From Vibrio cholerae ATCC 14035 (GTDB taxonomy: Bacteria; Pseudomonadota; Gammaproteobacteria; Enterobacterales; Vibrionaceae): a stretch of DNA of 32,000 nt. Below the pieces are notes generated by a model. The model was not told the origin of the DNA, ran no database searches, and saw only the letters and a program-made list of their open reading frames with translations. The stretch covers positions 236,495 to 268,494 of the forward strand of contig NZ_JHXR01000004.1 in NCBI RefSeq assembly GCF_000621645.1, written 5' to 3'. Made by a program: the position numbers and the translations under genes. Of this stretch, positions 18,370-28,326 are shown one piece after another; position 1 is the first letter of the stretch, and every line of letters begins with the position of its first letter.

Positions 18370-18822
18370 AACAAGGATTTACTTTATTTTTATTGAGGAT
18401 AGGGAAGAGGATTTGAGCCAAATCTGCATCGATATTTTTTAGTTGATATTTTTATAATTGTTTGCTCTTGAATTTCAAGATTTTCCAACTATGTTGCATA
18501 TGTCTCTATCGATGATTTGCTCTAGATGCAAAGCTTTACATGTTCATTAAACTAAAGTGGTAACTTATTTATATTCTTATTAAACAATGAATTAGATGAA
18601 TTGTGGTGAACGGGTTTAAGCATTCTTTGTTTCATAATCTAAAATACTTAAGCAAAGGCTTAAATTTAAAACAAACAAAAAGAAAAATTTGTACTAGAGG
18701 TTAGTACCTCGCGTCGGCTAGCGGTTTTTTCTATCTACTTAAAGGCTTTGATGCCGAGTAGGTTGAGACACTTTTGGAGCCATATTTTATGGCATGTGAC
18801 ATGGAACGTGAGGCGCACTGTG

Positions 18823-20514
18823 ATGAAATGGTTTAATAATTTATCGATTACCCAAAAAATGATTGCTCTGGTTGGGTGTTTACTTGCTCTAACGTTAATG
18901 GTTTCCACTTATTCTATTACTAAGATGAAACGAGTAGCGGTTGAGATAGAGGCGATAGCTCACGATAACTTACCTTTAGCCAAATTGATGACCGACATGA
19001 CCGTTCATCAACTCGAAGGGGCGATTACTCTTGAACGAGTCTTCCGCGCAGCAGGCATCGAAAGTAGTCAAGGCAAGCAGCAGCAAAATCAGTATCAAGC
19101 ACAGCTCATGGAGTTAGTGAATAAATTCAAGCAAGAATTTAACCAATCTCGTCAACTACTTGAATCTTCTATAGAACATACGATTTCCCCCTCAATACGT
19201 AGCTATCTGGCTAATCTAGAGCAAGACCTTGACTCATTAGGTCGTGAACATGAAGAATTTGAAAGAAAGCTCAATGAGTTGCTGAATGAACTTCGTTCTG
19301 GCAGAGAGGTTAAATTATTAGTAGCAGATGCCGAGCAGATTGAACAATTACAAATCAGCCTAGATCAGCGTTTAATCGATATTCTGCGTAAAATCGAGCA
19401 AGCAACTGAGCAATCTGTCTTAGTGACAGAGCAAGAAGAACGTGAGGCGCTATGGGGAATGATTTATTTAAGCGCCTTTGCGATTTTATTCGGGTTAATT
19501 CTCGGGTTTGCGTTTAGTAAACAAATCGTTATGGCGATTGCTAGAGCCCGTAAGTTGGCCAATGAAATGGCTGAAGGAAATTTTAGCAAGCGAGCTAAAG
19601 TCACTACAGGTGACGAAATTGGCCAGCTCATTACCAGTATGAATACCATGGCTCAATCTCTGAGCCACATCGTCGGTGAGGTAATAGACAGAGCAAATAC
19701 GATTGCCTCAACCGTGACACAACTTGCTTCTTCGGCAGAAAGCAATAAGAAGTCAGTACAACAGCAGCAAGCCAATACAGAACAAGTCACCAGCGCAATG
19801 GCGCAAATGGCAATCACGATTACGGAAGTGGCGAGCAGTGCGGAAGAGTCCTCCGCTGCGACAGCAAGGGCACAGGAAAATGCACGCTACAGCTGCGATG
19901 TCTTGGGTAAAACTGAGACGGTTTCTAGTCAATTGGTTGCTAATGCCCAGCAATCACAGCAAATGATTGTTGAGTTAGAGGCCAGTACTCGGCAGATCGA
20001 AAGTTTTGTGTTAGTCGTAGAAGGAATTTCGGAACAAACTAACCTACTGGCTTTAAATGCAGCGATCGAAGCGGCGCGTGCCGGTGAACAAGGCCGTGGA
20101 TTTGCTGTGGTTGCGGATGAGGTGCGAGCTCTGGCATCTCGCAGCCAACAGGCAACACATGAAATTAAGGGCTTGATCCAGACCTTAGTGGAACGTGCGC
20201 AATCGGCTACTAAGATGATTGACTCAAGCGATCGTCAGATAGAAGAAAGCTTTTCATCGATTACCGCCGCAAAAAAACAGCTCGATTCGATTAATCTTGC
20301 TCTTCTAGAACTCACGTCCGCCAATACCCAAGTAGCGGCAGCCAGTGAGGAACAATCGGTTGCCGCAGATGAGATTAGCCACAACATGACGGATATTCGC
20401 GATGCTGGGGAAACCATCATGCTCAGTGCACAAGAAACGGCTCAAGCGAGTGAAGAGTTGGCACAACAAGCCCAAGGATTAAAATTATTGATGGGACGCT
20501 TTGTTATTTCGTAA
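18823..20514 (+). CDS. Transmembrane MCP with a helical periplasmic sensor domain and HAMP
   Basis: Signalling tip [37 protein letters not shown]1 is at aa ~12-30 from the chosen start, and TM2 ([18 protein letters not shown]) is followed by HAMP. The ORF track begins at a TTG at 18748. The ATG at 18823 (MKWFNNLS) follows a GTGAGG SD-like element. Confidence 0.88.
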   Translation: MKWFNNLSITQKMIALVGCLLALTLMVSTYSITKMKRVAVEIEAIAHDNLPLAKLMTDMTVHQLEGAITLERVFRAAGIESSQGKQQQNQYQAQLMELVNKFKQEFNQSRQLLESSIEHTISPSIRSYLANLEQDLDSLGREHEEFERKLNELLNELRSGREVKLLVADAEQIEQLQISLDQRLIDILRKIEQATEQSVLVTEQEEREALWGMIYLSAFAILFGLILGFAFSKQIVMAIARARKLANEMAEGNFSKRAKVTTGDEIGQLITSMNTMAQSLSHIVGEVIDRANTIASTVTQLASSAESNKKSVQQQQANTEQVTSAMAQMAITITEVASSAEESSAATARAQENARYSCDVLGKTETVSSQLVANAQQSQQMIVELEASTRQIESFVLVVEGISEQTNLLALNAAIEAARAGEQGRGFAVVADEVRALASRSQQATHEIKGLIQTLVERAQSATKMIDSSDRQIEESFSSITAAKKQLDSINLALLELTSANTQVAAASEEQSVAADEISHNMTDIRDAGETIMLSAQETAQASEELAQQAQGLKLLMGRFVIS

Positions 20515-20610
20515 CAGTGTGTTGTCACTAAACGAGTAGAGTATTACAAACATAAAAGATAAGGCTCTCTACTATAATGAGTTTGAGAGTCATTGATTTG
20601 GAAGCCATTT

Positions 20611-21909
20611 ATGCCATTTTGGAAAAAAGCTGCCGCCCAATCAGAGGTGGAACAACACAATCATGACAGCGACATTGTCTCTGCACTTAAAAGGAACCTT
20701 GCGTATATCGAGTTTGATCCGCAAGGCAAAATTTTAGATGCAAACGCACTTTTTTTGAGCGCAATGGGGTACACCAAAGAAGAAGTGATTGGTCAACATC
20801 ACAAAATTTTTTGTGATCCCGAGACTGTTAACTCCTTGGAATATGCACAATTTTGGAAAAGCCTAGCCCAAGGACAAGCGCAACGAAAAATGTTTCACCG
20901 ACTCAAGAAAGATGGTTCGAGTATCTGGATAGAGGCAACGTATATGCCAGTACGTAATCGTGCGGGCGATGTATATAAGGTGACTAAAGTTGCCCATGAT
21001 GTGACGAAATCCAAAATTACGGCGGACAAGCAGGCTGCGGTATTTCATGCTCTGGATCGTTCATCAGCCATGATTCAGTTTAATCCGGATGGAACCATCA
21101 AAGAGGCGAATGAGAACTTTCTCAAAGCCACGGGTTATCGACTGGAAGAGATTGTTGGCAAACATCACCGTATGTTTTGTGATGACCGTTTCTATAAAGA
21201 AAATCCAAACTTTTGGCGTGAGCTCGCAAGAGGGGAGTTTAAATCCGGTTTATTCCATCGGCGCACTCGCCACGGTCAAGATCTTTGGTTAGAGGCGACG
21301 TATAACCCGATTTTTAATGATGCAGGTGTCGTGACTCAAGTTGTTAAATTTGCTTCAGATGTTACAGATCAAGTGTTAAAAGCTCATGCAACCAAAGAAG
21401 CGTCGCAAATGGCTCAGCAAACGTCTGCAGAAACGGTTCGTGTGGCAGAGTCGGGGCGCGAGATGATTGATGCTGCGGCAACGATAGCGAGTGGTATTAC
21501 AGAGTCAATTGCGGGTGCAAATGCATTGATGACGGACCTCTCATCTCAATCTCAGAGAATCACGCAAATAGTCACAACCATCAACAAAATTGCTGAGCAG
21601 ACCAATTTGTTAGCTTTAAATGCCGCCATTGAGGCCGCTCGAGCAGGTGAATATGGACGTGGTTTTGCTGTAGTGGCTGATGAGGTGCGCAGTTTAGCGT
21701 CGAATACCAGTCAAGCAACTAGCGAAATTGACAACATTGTTAAACGCAACAGCCAACTCACCGAACAGTCAGGGCAAACCATGGAGCAGATCCAAGCCAA
21801 AGTCACTGAATTCAATCATATGCTGCAACAAACCCAGTCTTTGATTGAGCAAATTCAGCATGCAGCGGAAAATGTACAAAAAACGGTGAGTAATATTGTG
21901 GATGAATAA
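20611..21909 (+). CDS. Soluble PAS-PAS methyl-accepting chemotaxis protein (BdlA-like architecture)
   Basis: Two paralogous PAS domains (..[27 protein letters not shown].. and ..[27 protein letters not shown]..) followed directly by an MCP signalling domain ([32 protein letters not shown]), with no TM segment. The ORF track starts at a TTG at 20593. I prefer the ATG at 20611 because TATAAT at 20573-20578 and GGAAG at 20600-20604 fit it better. Confidence 0.85.
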   Translation: MPFWKKAAAQSEVEQHNHDSDIVSALKRNLAYIEFDPQGKILDANALFLSAMGYTKEEVIGQHHKIFCDPETVNSLEYAQFWKSLAQGQAQRKMFHRLKKDGSSIWIEATYMPVRNRAGDVYKVTKVAHDVTKSKITADKQAAVFHALDRSSAMIQFNPDGTIKEANENFLKATGYRLEEIVGKHHRMFCDDRFYKENPNFWRELARGEFKSGLFHRRTRHGQDLWLEATYNPIFNDAGVVTQVVKFASDVTDQVLKAHATKEASQMAQQTSAETVRVAESGREMIDAAATIASGITESIAGANALMTDLSSQSQRITQIVTTINKIAEQTNLLALNAAIEAARAGEYGRGFAVVADEVRSLASNTSQATSEIDNIVKRNSQLTEQSGQTMEQIQAKVTEFNHMLQQTQSLIEQIQHAAENVQKTVSNIVDE

Positions 21910-22090
21910 GATGAGCCGGAAAGCCATCCAGTAGTAAGCCTAAACCATGGCTTCATTCATCATCTCATGTTGAAACAATAGCGTTGTAAGAAGAAAAAAC
22001 ACAGCGGTTGCTTAGGTTAGTGTTAGAATCTGACCCTTCTATATTTAGGCTAGACCTCTGTTAGGTCTGGCAGTAAGCTCGAGTAAATTC

Positions 22091-23284
22091 ATGTCTTTTT
22101 CTCAACTTGGATTAAGTGACGTTCTGGTACAAACCGTAGCGCAACTTGGTTACCAAAAACCGACCCATATTCAAACCCAAGCGATTCCAGTGATTTTGCA
22201 GGGACGTGATCTGATTGCCGCTGCGCAAACAGGCACGGGTAAAACCGCCAGTTTCGTCCTGCCTATTTTGGAAAAACTGCGCCAAGGGCAAACGCAACGT
22301 AAAAAACGTGTCCGCGCCTTGATTTTAGTGCCAACCCGCGAGCTTGCGATGCAAGTGGCGGAAAAAGTAGAGCAATACGGTAAAGACACGGGCTTAAAGA
22401 GCCTTGCTGTGTTTGGTGGCGTCGATGAACAAGCACAGAAGCAGCGCTTGATTGATGGCGTGGATGTGCTGGTGGCCACACCGGGGCGTTTGATGGATCT
22501 CTATGGGCAACGCGCCGTCTATTTCGAAGAGATAGAAATGGTGGTACTCGACGAAGCCGACCGCATGCTGGATATGGGTTTTATTGAGTCGATCAACAAA
22601 ATCATTGACTGCCTGCCGAGTGAAGTACAGTTTCTGCTTTTTTCCGCGACACTGTCACGTAAAGTGCGTGAGTTAGCGAAAACCGCAGTACGCGATCCGC
22701 ATGAAATCAGTATTGCCGCCAACCAAGCCTCAAAAAGCAATATCAGCCAATGGCTGATCACCGTCGATAAAGACACCAAATCCGCATTGTTGAGCCATTT
22801 AATCAATGAGCAGCAGTGGGATCAGGCATTGATTTTTATTGAAACCAAACATGGTGCAGCCAAGCTCGTTTCTCAACTTGAAAAGCGGGGCATCCATGCG
22901 GAAGCGTTTCATAGTGGCCGTAGCCAAGCCATTCGCGCCCAACTGCTTGAAGATTTTAAGTCAGGAAAAATCAAATACTTGGTCGCAACAGGTGTCGCAG
23001 CACGCGGCATTGATATTGACCAGCTATCGCGTGTAGTGAACTACGATTTGCCCTTCCCAGCCGATGAATATGTCCACCGAATCGGTCGAACAGGGCGCGC
23101 AGAGGCTGTCGGCGAAGCCATTTCGTTTGTCTCAAAAGACAACTTCAAAAATCTGTGCATGATTGAAAGCCGCTTAGGCCATTTGATTGAGCGTCGCGTG
23201 GTAGAAGGCTTTGAGCCGAAAAAGCCCGTGCCGATTTCGATTTTGAACTATGTGCCCAAACATAAGCGTGCGGTGCAAGATTAA
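22091..23284 (+). CDS. rhlE: DEAD-box ATP-dependent RNA helicase (RhlE-like)
   Basis: 397 aa. Q-motif region, AQTGTGKT (motif I), PTRELA, DEAD, SAT and HRIGRTGRA. Confidence 0.88.
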   Translation: MSFSQLGLSDVLVQTVAQLGYQKPTHIQTQAIPVILQGRDLIAAAQTGTGKTASFVLPILEKLRQGQTQRKKRVRALILVPTRELAMQVAEKVEQYGKDTGLKSLAVFGGVDEQAQKQRLIDGVDVLVATPGRLMDLYGQRAVYFEEIEMVVLDEADRMLDMGFIESINKIIDCLPSEVQFLLFSATLSRKVRELAKTAVRDPHEISIAANQASKSNISQWLITVDKDTKSALLSHLINEQQWDQALIFIETKHGAAKLVSQLEKRGIHAEAFHSGRSQAIRAQLLEDFKSGKIKYLVATGVAARGIDIDQLSRVVNYDLPFPADEYVHRIGRTGRAEAVGEAISFVSKDNFKNLCMIESRLGHLIERRVVEGFEPKKPVPISILNYVPKHKRAVQD

Positions 23285-23296
23285 TACGAACACTTC

Positions 23297-23326
23297 AGAA
23301 AAAGCCGGGAATTTCCCGGCTTTTTC
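23297..23326. terminator. Bidirectional Rho-independent terminator between the convergent helicase and TetR genes
   Basis: A-run, GCCGGGA(23304-23310) ATT TCCCGGC(23314-23320), then T-run. Confidence 0.78.
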
Positions 23327-23342
23327 TATTCTATTTTTCAGT

Positions 23343-23945
23343 TCAATCAGCTGCGTACAGGCATAAAAAGGCCTCTACCGCGCGTTGGGTCGTAGCTTTA
23401 AGTTCACTTGAGGTCGGTTTTTCAATCGCACCTAATGAAAAGGGCTCAAAATATTGTGCAGATAGCAACGCTTTGAAATGCATGGCGGCGATCCAAGGAT
23501 CACACTCTTTCAGTGAACCACATTCAATTTGGCACGTAATGTAGCGACTTAAACGAGCCCAACCTCGTTTCGGGCCATTTTCATAAAAATGTCTGCCGAT
23601 TGCAGATCGGTCGGCTTCATGAATCGCCATTCGATAGATGGACATCGCATCTTGCGTTAAAACCGAGTTCAAAAAATTGTAACCAAATTCTAATAAGGCG
23701 GGTTTTAACTCTCGATTATGGTCAAGTGAGAGGAAAGAGAGGGCGATTTGCTCTGTCGCTGATGACTCCATAACCGCCGTGAAAATCTCTTCTTTCGAGC
23801 TGAAATAGTTGTATAACGTGGCCTTCGAGCCCCCTAGCATCTTCGCAATATGCGACATGGAAGTCTGTTCAAAACCTTGTTTTGTAAAGGAATCTTTAGC
23901 AATCTCTAGAATTGCTTGCCTTTTTTCTTCACTTTTTACCCGCAT
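23343..23945 (-). CDS. vceR: TetR-family repressor, divergent from the efflux operon (VceR-like)
   Basis: 200 aa. N-terminal TetR HTH (TSMSHIAKMLGGSKATLYNYFSSKEEIF). The gene sits divergent from an OMF-MFP-MFS operon, matching the V. cholerae vceR/vceCAB arrangement as I recall it. Confidence 0.8.
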   Translation of the reverse strand: MRVKSEEKRQAILEIAKDSFTKQGFEQTSMSHIAKMLGGSKATLYNYFSSKEEIFTAVMESSATEQIALSFLSLDHNRELKPALLEFGYNFLNSVLTQDAMSIYRMAIHEADRSAIGRHFYENGPKRGWARLSRYITCQIECGSLKECDPWIAAMHFKALLSAQYFEPFSLGAIEKPTSSELKATTQRAVEAFLCLYAAD

Positions 23946-23987
23946 GAGTTCATCTATTTCCAGTTAGAAATTGTGGATAAGTTTCCC

Positions 23988-24039
23988 TTGACGGTTTCCT
24001 TCTGTCAAGAGTATAACTGTACGGTACGGTTTAGTTATA
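23988..24039 (+). promoter_or_regulatory. Candidate sigma70 promoter of the efflux operon with overlapping palindromic operator(s)
   Basis: TTGACG(23988-23993)-18 bp-TATAAC(24012-24017). There is an imperfect 28-bp palindrome TATAACTGTACGGTACGGTTTAGTTATA (24012-24039) and a second inverted repeat CTTGACGG/CTGTCAAG (23987-23994 / 24002-24009). Confidence 0.5.
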
Positions 24040-24051
24040 AGGTTTTCAAAT

Positions 24052-25506
24052 GTGAAAAATAGCGTTCAAACGGTAGGTTTGTTGCATAAAGCAGCGCCTT
24101 ATTTTACGGCTTCTCTATTGAGTGCTTTCGTTTTAACGGGTTGCTCAGTACCCGATCATTACCCTGATCTTGCGACGATGTGGGAAGCGAATGAGCTTAG
24201 CTCGACAAACACATTTTCTCACCAAGCTGAAATGGACTGGCCATCAGTGAATTGGTGGCAACGCTATCAAGATGCACAATTAAACCATCTGATTGAGGAA
24301 GCGTTGCAGCACTCACCATCGTTAGAGATGGCAATGGCTCGGCTTAAAGGGGCACAAGGTTTTGCTCGTCAAGCAGGCGCAATTCGATCATTTGATCTCG
24401 GGTTAGCGGCATCCGCCACGGAAAGTAAAGTCAGTGAACGTTATCAATCTGCTACGCCTCCCGATGGTTGGAATGACTATGGCACTCTAACCTTGAATTT
24501 TCAGTATGACTTTGACTTTTGGGGAAAAAATCGCGCAGCGGTTGTTGCGGCGACTTCCGAGCTTGCTGCCGCTGAGGCAGAGAGTGTGGCTGCGCGTTTG
24601 ATGATCAGCACATCGATTGCTAATGCTTATGCCGAATTAGCTCGTCTTTATGCCAATCAAGAGACCGTGCATGCCGCGCTACAAGTGCGCAACAAAACCG
24701 TTGAGCTTTTAGAAAAACGTTATGCCAATGGCTTAGAAACGCTAGGTTCTGTCAGCCAAGCGAAAGCGGTTGCTGCGAGTGTGGAAGCGGAGTTGCTTGG
24801 TATTCAAGAATCGATCCAATTACAGAAAAATGCTTTGGCCGCTTTGGTGGGGCAAGGGCCTGATCGCGCTGCATCGATTGAAGAACCCCATATCACCTTG
24901 ACCTCTCGTTATGGCTTGCCGTCGGAGGCTGGCGTTGGATTACTGGGGCATCGTGCTGATATCACCGCTGCGCGTTGGCGGGCAGAAGCCGCAGCACAGC
25001 AAGTCGGTATTGCGCAAGCACAATTCTATCCAGATGTCACTTTGTCAGCGTTTATTGGTTATCAGGCATTTGGTCTGGATCATTTGTTTGATAGTGGTAA
25101 TGACGCAGGTGCAATTGGGCCTGCGATCTACTTACCACTATTTACGGGTGGGCGTTTAGAGGGGCAGTTGACTTCGGCAGAAGCTCGTTACCAAGAAGCG
25201 GTCGCTCAATACAATGGCACGTTAGTGCAAGCCTTGCATGAAATCGCCGATGTGGTGACCAGTAGCCAAGCTCTGCAAGCGCGAATTAATAAAACCGAAC
25301 AAGCCGTACAGCAAGCTGAACAAGCACTGCATATCGCGACGAACCGTTATCAAGGCGGTTTAGCCACCTATCTCGATGTTTTGGTAGCTGAAGAGTCTTT
25401 ACTCAATAACCAAAGAGCATTGGTCAATTTGCAGTCACGCGCTTTTAGTTTAGATCTTGCGCTGATCCATGCGCTAGGCGGCGGTTTTGAAACAACAGAA
25501 TCTTAA
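24052..25506 (+). CDS. vceC: Outer-membrane efflux lipoprotein (NodT/OprM family; VceC-like)
   Basis: 484 aa with a GTG start. Lipobox LTGC at aa 28-31. Two TolC-type repeat halves with long helical segments. Confidence 0.85.
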   Translation: MKNSVQTVGLLHKAAPYFTASLLSAFVLTGCSVPDHYPDLATMWEANELSSTNTFSHQAEMDWPSVNWWQRYQDAQLNHLIEEALQHSPSLEMAMARLKGAQGFARQAGAIRSFDLGLAASATESKVSERYQSATPPDGWNDYGTLTLNFQYDFDFWGKNRAAVVAATSELAAAEAESVAARLMISTSIANAYAELARLYANQETVHAALQVRNKTVELLEKRYANGLETLGSVSQAKAVAASVEAELLGIQESIQLQKNALAALVGQGPDRAASIEEPHITLTSRYGLPSEAGVGLLGHRADITAARWRAEAAAQQVGIAQAQFYPDVTLSAFIGYQAFGLDHLFDSGNDAGAIGPAIYLPLFTGGRLEGQLTSAEARYQEAVAQYNGTLVQALHEIADVVTSSQALQARINKTEQAVQQAEQALHIATNRYQGGLATYLDVLVAEESLLNNQRALVNLQSRAFSLDLALIHALGGGFETTES

Positions 25507-25519
25507 TAGGTTATCTTCA

Positions 25520-26707
25520 ATGAATTCAAATAATAGCAACACCGAATTTGATGGTGTACGCGCAGCTCAATCGCGTAAAAAAGGGTTTCTCGGATTAGCG
25601 GCCGCAATTGTGGTTGCCGGAGGGAGTTATGCACTCTATTGGCACTTTATCGGTTCACGCTACATTTCCACCGACAACGCTTATGCTGCGGCGGAAATCG
25701 CCGAAGTCACGCCGGCCGTGGGCGGGATTATCGCGCAAGTGAATGTAGTGGATACCGAGTACGTCAAACAAGGCGACGTACTTGTACAGCTGGATGATAC
25801 CGATGCGAGATTAGCTTTGCTTCAAGCTGAGGCGGATTTGGCACTCGCAAAACGCCGTGTACGTAGCTATCTCGCTAATGACGAAGGTTTAAGTGCTATG
25901 GTGGAAGCACAAGAAGCCAATGAGCAGCGTGTGAAAGCGCAGTTAAAAGCGGCGCAAGCGGACTTTGAACGAGCAAAAATCGATTTATCTCGTCGGGAAG
26001 ACTTAGTGCGTTCCGGCTCCGTTTCTGGTGAAGAGCTGACGAATGCCAAAACCGGTTTTGCGCAGGCACAAGCAAACCTTAACGCGGCAAAAGCGGCTAT
26101 GGCGCAAGCACAGGCAACTAAGCTCTCGACCATTGGCTCACAAAAAGCTAATGCAGCGTTGACCGATAACACGACCGTCGATAGCAACCCTGAAGTCTTA
26201 CTGGCAAAAGCGCGTTATGAACAAGCGAAAATCGATCTCGAGCGTACGGTGATTCGTGCGCCGATCAGTGGAATCGTCGCTAAACGCCAAGTACAAGTTG
26301 GGCGTCGTGTACAGGTGGGGATGCCTTTAATGACCGTGGTGCCTACTGACCATATTTATGTCGATGCCAATTTTAAAGAAGTGGAATTGCGCGATGTGAA
26401 AGTTGGACAACCCGTTACCTTAACGGCAGATCTGTATGGTGATGATGTGACCTACCATGGTGTGGTCGCTGGTTTTTCCGGCGGTACGGGCTCCGCATTT
26501 TCGATGATCCCTGCACAAAACGCCACAGGCAACTGGATTAAAGTGGTGCAGCGTTTGCCGATCCGTATCGAGTTGGATCCCAAAGATTTGCAAGCCTATC
26601 CACTGCAGGTAGGATTATCTATGGTTGCCACGATAGATACTGCTGGAACTACCGATCCACAAACCTTAGTGCAGTACCGCGCCGCCAAAGTATCAGAGCA
26701 AGGCTAA
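25520..26707 (+). CDS. vceA: Membrane-fusion (HlyD/EmrA-family) efflux adaptor (VceA-like)
   Basis: Single N-terminal TM (LGLAAAIVVAGGSYALYW), then the EmrA-like ISTDNAYAAAE, a long coiled coil and a beta-barrel region. The ORF track begins at a TTG at 25487 inside vceC. The ATG at 25520 lies 13 nt after the vceC stop. Confidence 0.85.
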   Translation: MNSNNSNTEFDGVRAAQSRKKGFLGLAAAIVVAGGSYALYWHFIGSRYISTDNAYAAAEIAEVTPAVGGIIAQVNVVDTEYVKQGDVLVQLDDTDARLALLQAEADLALAKRRVRSYLANDEGLSAMVEAQEANEQRVKAQLKAAQADFERAKIDLSRREDLVRSGSVSGEELTNAKTGFAQAQANLNAAKAAMAQAQATKLSTIGSQKANAALTDNTTVDSNPEVLLAKARYEQAKIDLERTVIRAPISGIVAKRQVQVGRRVQVGMPLMTVVPTDHIYVDANFKEVELRDVKVGQPVTLTADLYGDDVTYHGVVAGFSGGTGSAFSMIPAQNATGNWIKVVQRLPIRIELDPKDLQAYPLQVGLSMVATIDTAGTTDPQTLVQYRAAKVSEQG

Positions 26708-26716
26708 GGTGAATCC

Positions 26717-28252
26717 ATGAGTCATAACGCTGACAATGAGATGCAACCTCTGTCAGGATGGGCACTGTTTTTCGGTGCCCTGTGTCTGGCAATGGCCAAC
26801 TTTCTCGCTATTTTGGATACCACTATTGCTAACGTCTCTGTCTCCAATATCGCTGGTAGCCTAGGAACTTCAACTAGCCAAGGGACTTATGTGATTACCT
26901 CTTATGCGGTCGCAGAGGCGATCTCGGTACCTCTTACGGGTTGGTTGGCTTCGCGATTTGGCTCTATTCGAGTCTTTGTCACCTGTTTTCTGTTATTCGG
27001 TGTTTTTTCATTACTCTGTGGTTTAGCCAATAGCATGAGCACGCTGGTGATGTTTCGAGTGTTGCTTGGTTTCGTGGGAGGGCCTTTAATGCCACTTTCA
27101 CAAACCTTGATGATGCGAATATTCCCCAAAAACAAAAGCCATGCTGCGATTGGTATCTGGTCGATGACCACGCTCGTGGCACCTATCATGGGACCTATTC
27201 TTGGCGGCGTGTTGTGTGACCAACTCAGTTGGCCATACATCTTTTTCATCAAAATGCCTTTCGCTATTGCCGCGGCGTTACTGTGTTGGAAATTGCTGAA
27301 AAAATTTGAAACCAAAACGACGCATTCAAAAATTGATAAAGTGGGGCTGGCGTTATTGGTCGTGTGGGTCGCCGCATTGCAATTAATGTTGGATGAAGGT
27401 AAGGATCATGACTGGTTTGAGTCATCGCGCATTGTGTTTTTGGCGGTGATTGCTGTGATTGGTTTCATTGCATTCTTGATTTGGGAGCTAACGGAGCGAA
27501 ACCCTGTCGTGGATTTAAAGGTGTTCCGACATCGAGGTTACAGCATCAGTTTGGTGACGTTGTCACTCGCGTTCGGCGCTTTTTTTAGTATTTCTGTAGT
27601 AACACCTTTATGGTTGCAAATTTACATGGGTTATACCGCCACCATTTCAGGCCACGCTACTGCCAGTATGGGGATTCTAGCGGTTTTTTTGGCACCGATA
27701 GTGGCCAATCTGTCCTCGAAATTTGATCCTCGGCCCTTTGTTTTTGCTGGCGTGATGTGGCTTGGGCTGTGGACTTTCATGCGTGGCTTTAACACAGTAG
27801 ATATGACGTTTTCGCAAATCAGTTGGCCTTTATTTTTCCAAGGTATCGGCATGCCGTTGTTCTTTGTGCCATTGACTGCGATAGCCCTTGGTAGTGTCAA
27901 ACCGCACGAAATGGAATCAGCAGCAGGATTGATGAACTTTATCCGAACCTTGTCCGGTGCGTTTGCGACCTCAATGATCAACACTTCATGGGAGCATGAA
28001 ACACGTTATGTGCATGCTGAGTTGGCAGGCTTAACTGATAAAGCGGGTGTCGCGGCACAAGCGATGCAAAGTTCAGGAATGAGTGCCGAGCAGACGCGCT
28101 CTGCGATGGACTGGATATTGCAAAATCAGAGTGTGATGGTGGCAACCAACCAGTTGTTTATCGTGATTGCACTGATCTTTGTATTTGCAGCCTGCATGAT
28201 TTGGTTTGCGCCAAAACCCAAGCAAGCGGTGGATACCTCTGCTGTTCATTAA
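26717..28252 (+). CDS. vceB: MFS DHA2 (EmrB/QacA, 14-TMS type) multidrug efflux pump (VceB-like)
   Basis: 511 aa. Hydrophobic throughout, EmrB-like N-terminus (LAILDTTIANVSVSNIAGSLG) and the GWLASRFG motif. Confidence 0.88.
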   Translation: MSHNADNEMQPLSGWALFFGALCLAMANFLAILDTTIANVSVSNIAGSLGTSTSQGTYVITSYAVAEAISVPLTGWLASRFGSIRVFVTCFLLFGVFSLLCGLANSMSTLVMFRVLLGFVGGPLMPLSQTLMMRIFPKNKSHAAIGIWSMTTLVAPIMGPILGGVLCDQLSWPYIFFIKMPFAIAAALLCWKLLKKFETKTTHSKIDKVGLALLVVWVAALQLMLDEGKDHDWFESSRIVFLAVIAVIGFIAFLIWELTERNPVVDLKVFRHRGYSISLVTLSLAFGAFFSISVVTPLWLQIYMGYTATISGHATASMGILAVFLAPIVANLSSKFDPRPFVFAGVMWLGLWTFMRGFNTVDMTFSQISWPLFFQGIGMPLFFVPLTAIALGSVKPHEMESAAGLMNFIRTLSGAFATSMINTSWEHETRYVHAELAGLTDKAGVAAQAMQSSGMSAEQTRSAMDWILQNQSVMVATNQLFIVIALIFVFAACMIWFAPKPKQAVDTSAVH

Positions 28253-28260
28253 ACGTCAAA

Positions 28261-28293
28261 GGCGTAATACACATGGCATTACGCCTTTATTCT
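28261..28293 (+). terminator. Rho-independent terminator after vceB (possibly shared with the convergent MCP)
   Basis: GGCGTAAT(28261-28268), a 9-nt loop, ATTACGCC(28278-28285), then TTTATTCTC. Confidence 0.7.
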
Positions 28294-28326
28294 CTCGAGC
28301 TTATGAATGTGGTGAAGACTAAAGCG

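Noticed and set aside
21917-21955. AAGCCAT...ATGGCTT stem after the PAS-MCP gene, considered as a terminator. The GTAGAG...CTCTAC stem at about 20536-20572 after the preceding MCP is a similar case.
   Set aside because: The loops are very long (about 19-25 nt) and there is no U-tract. Not convincing as intrinsic terminators.
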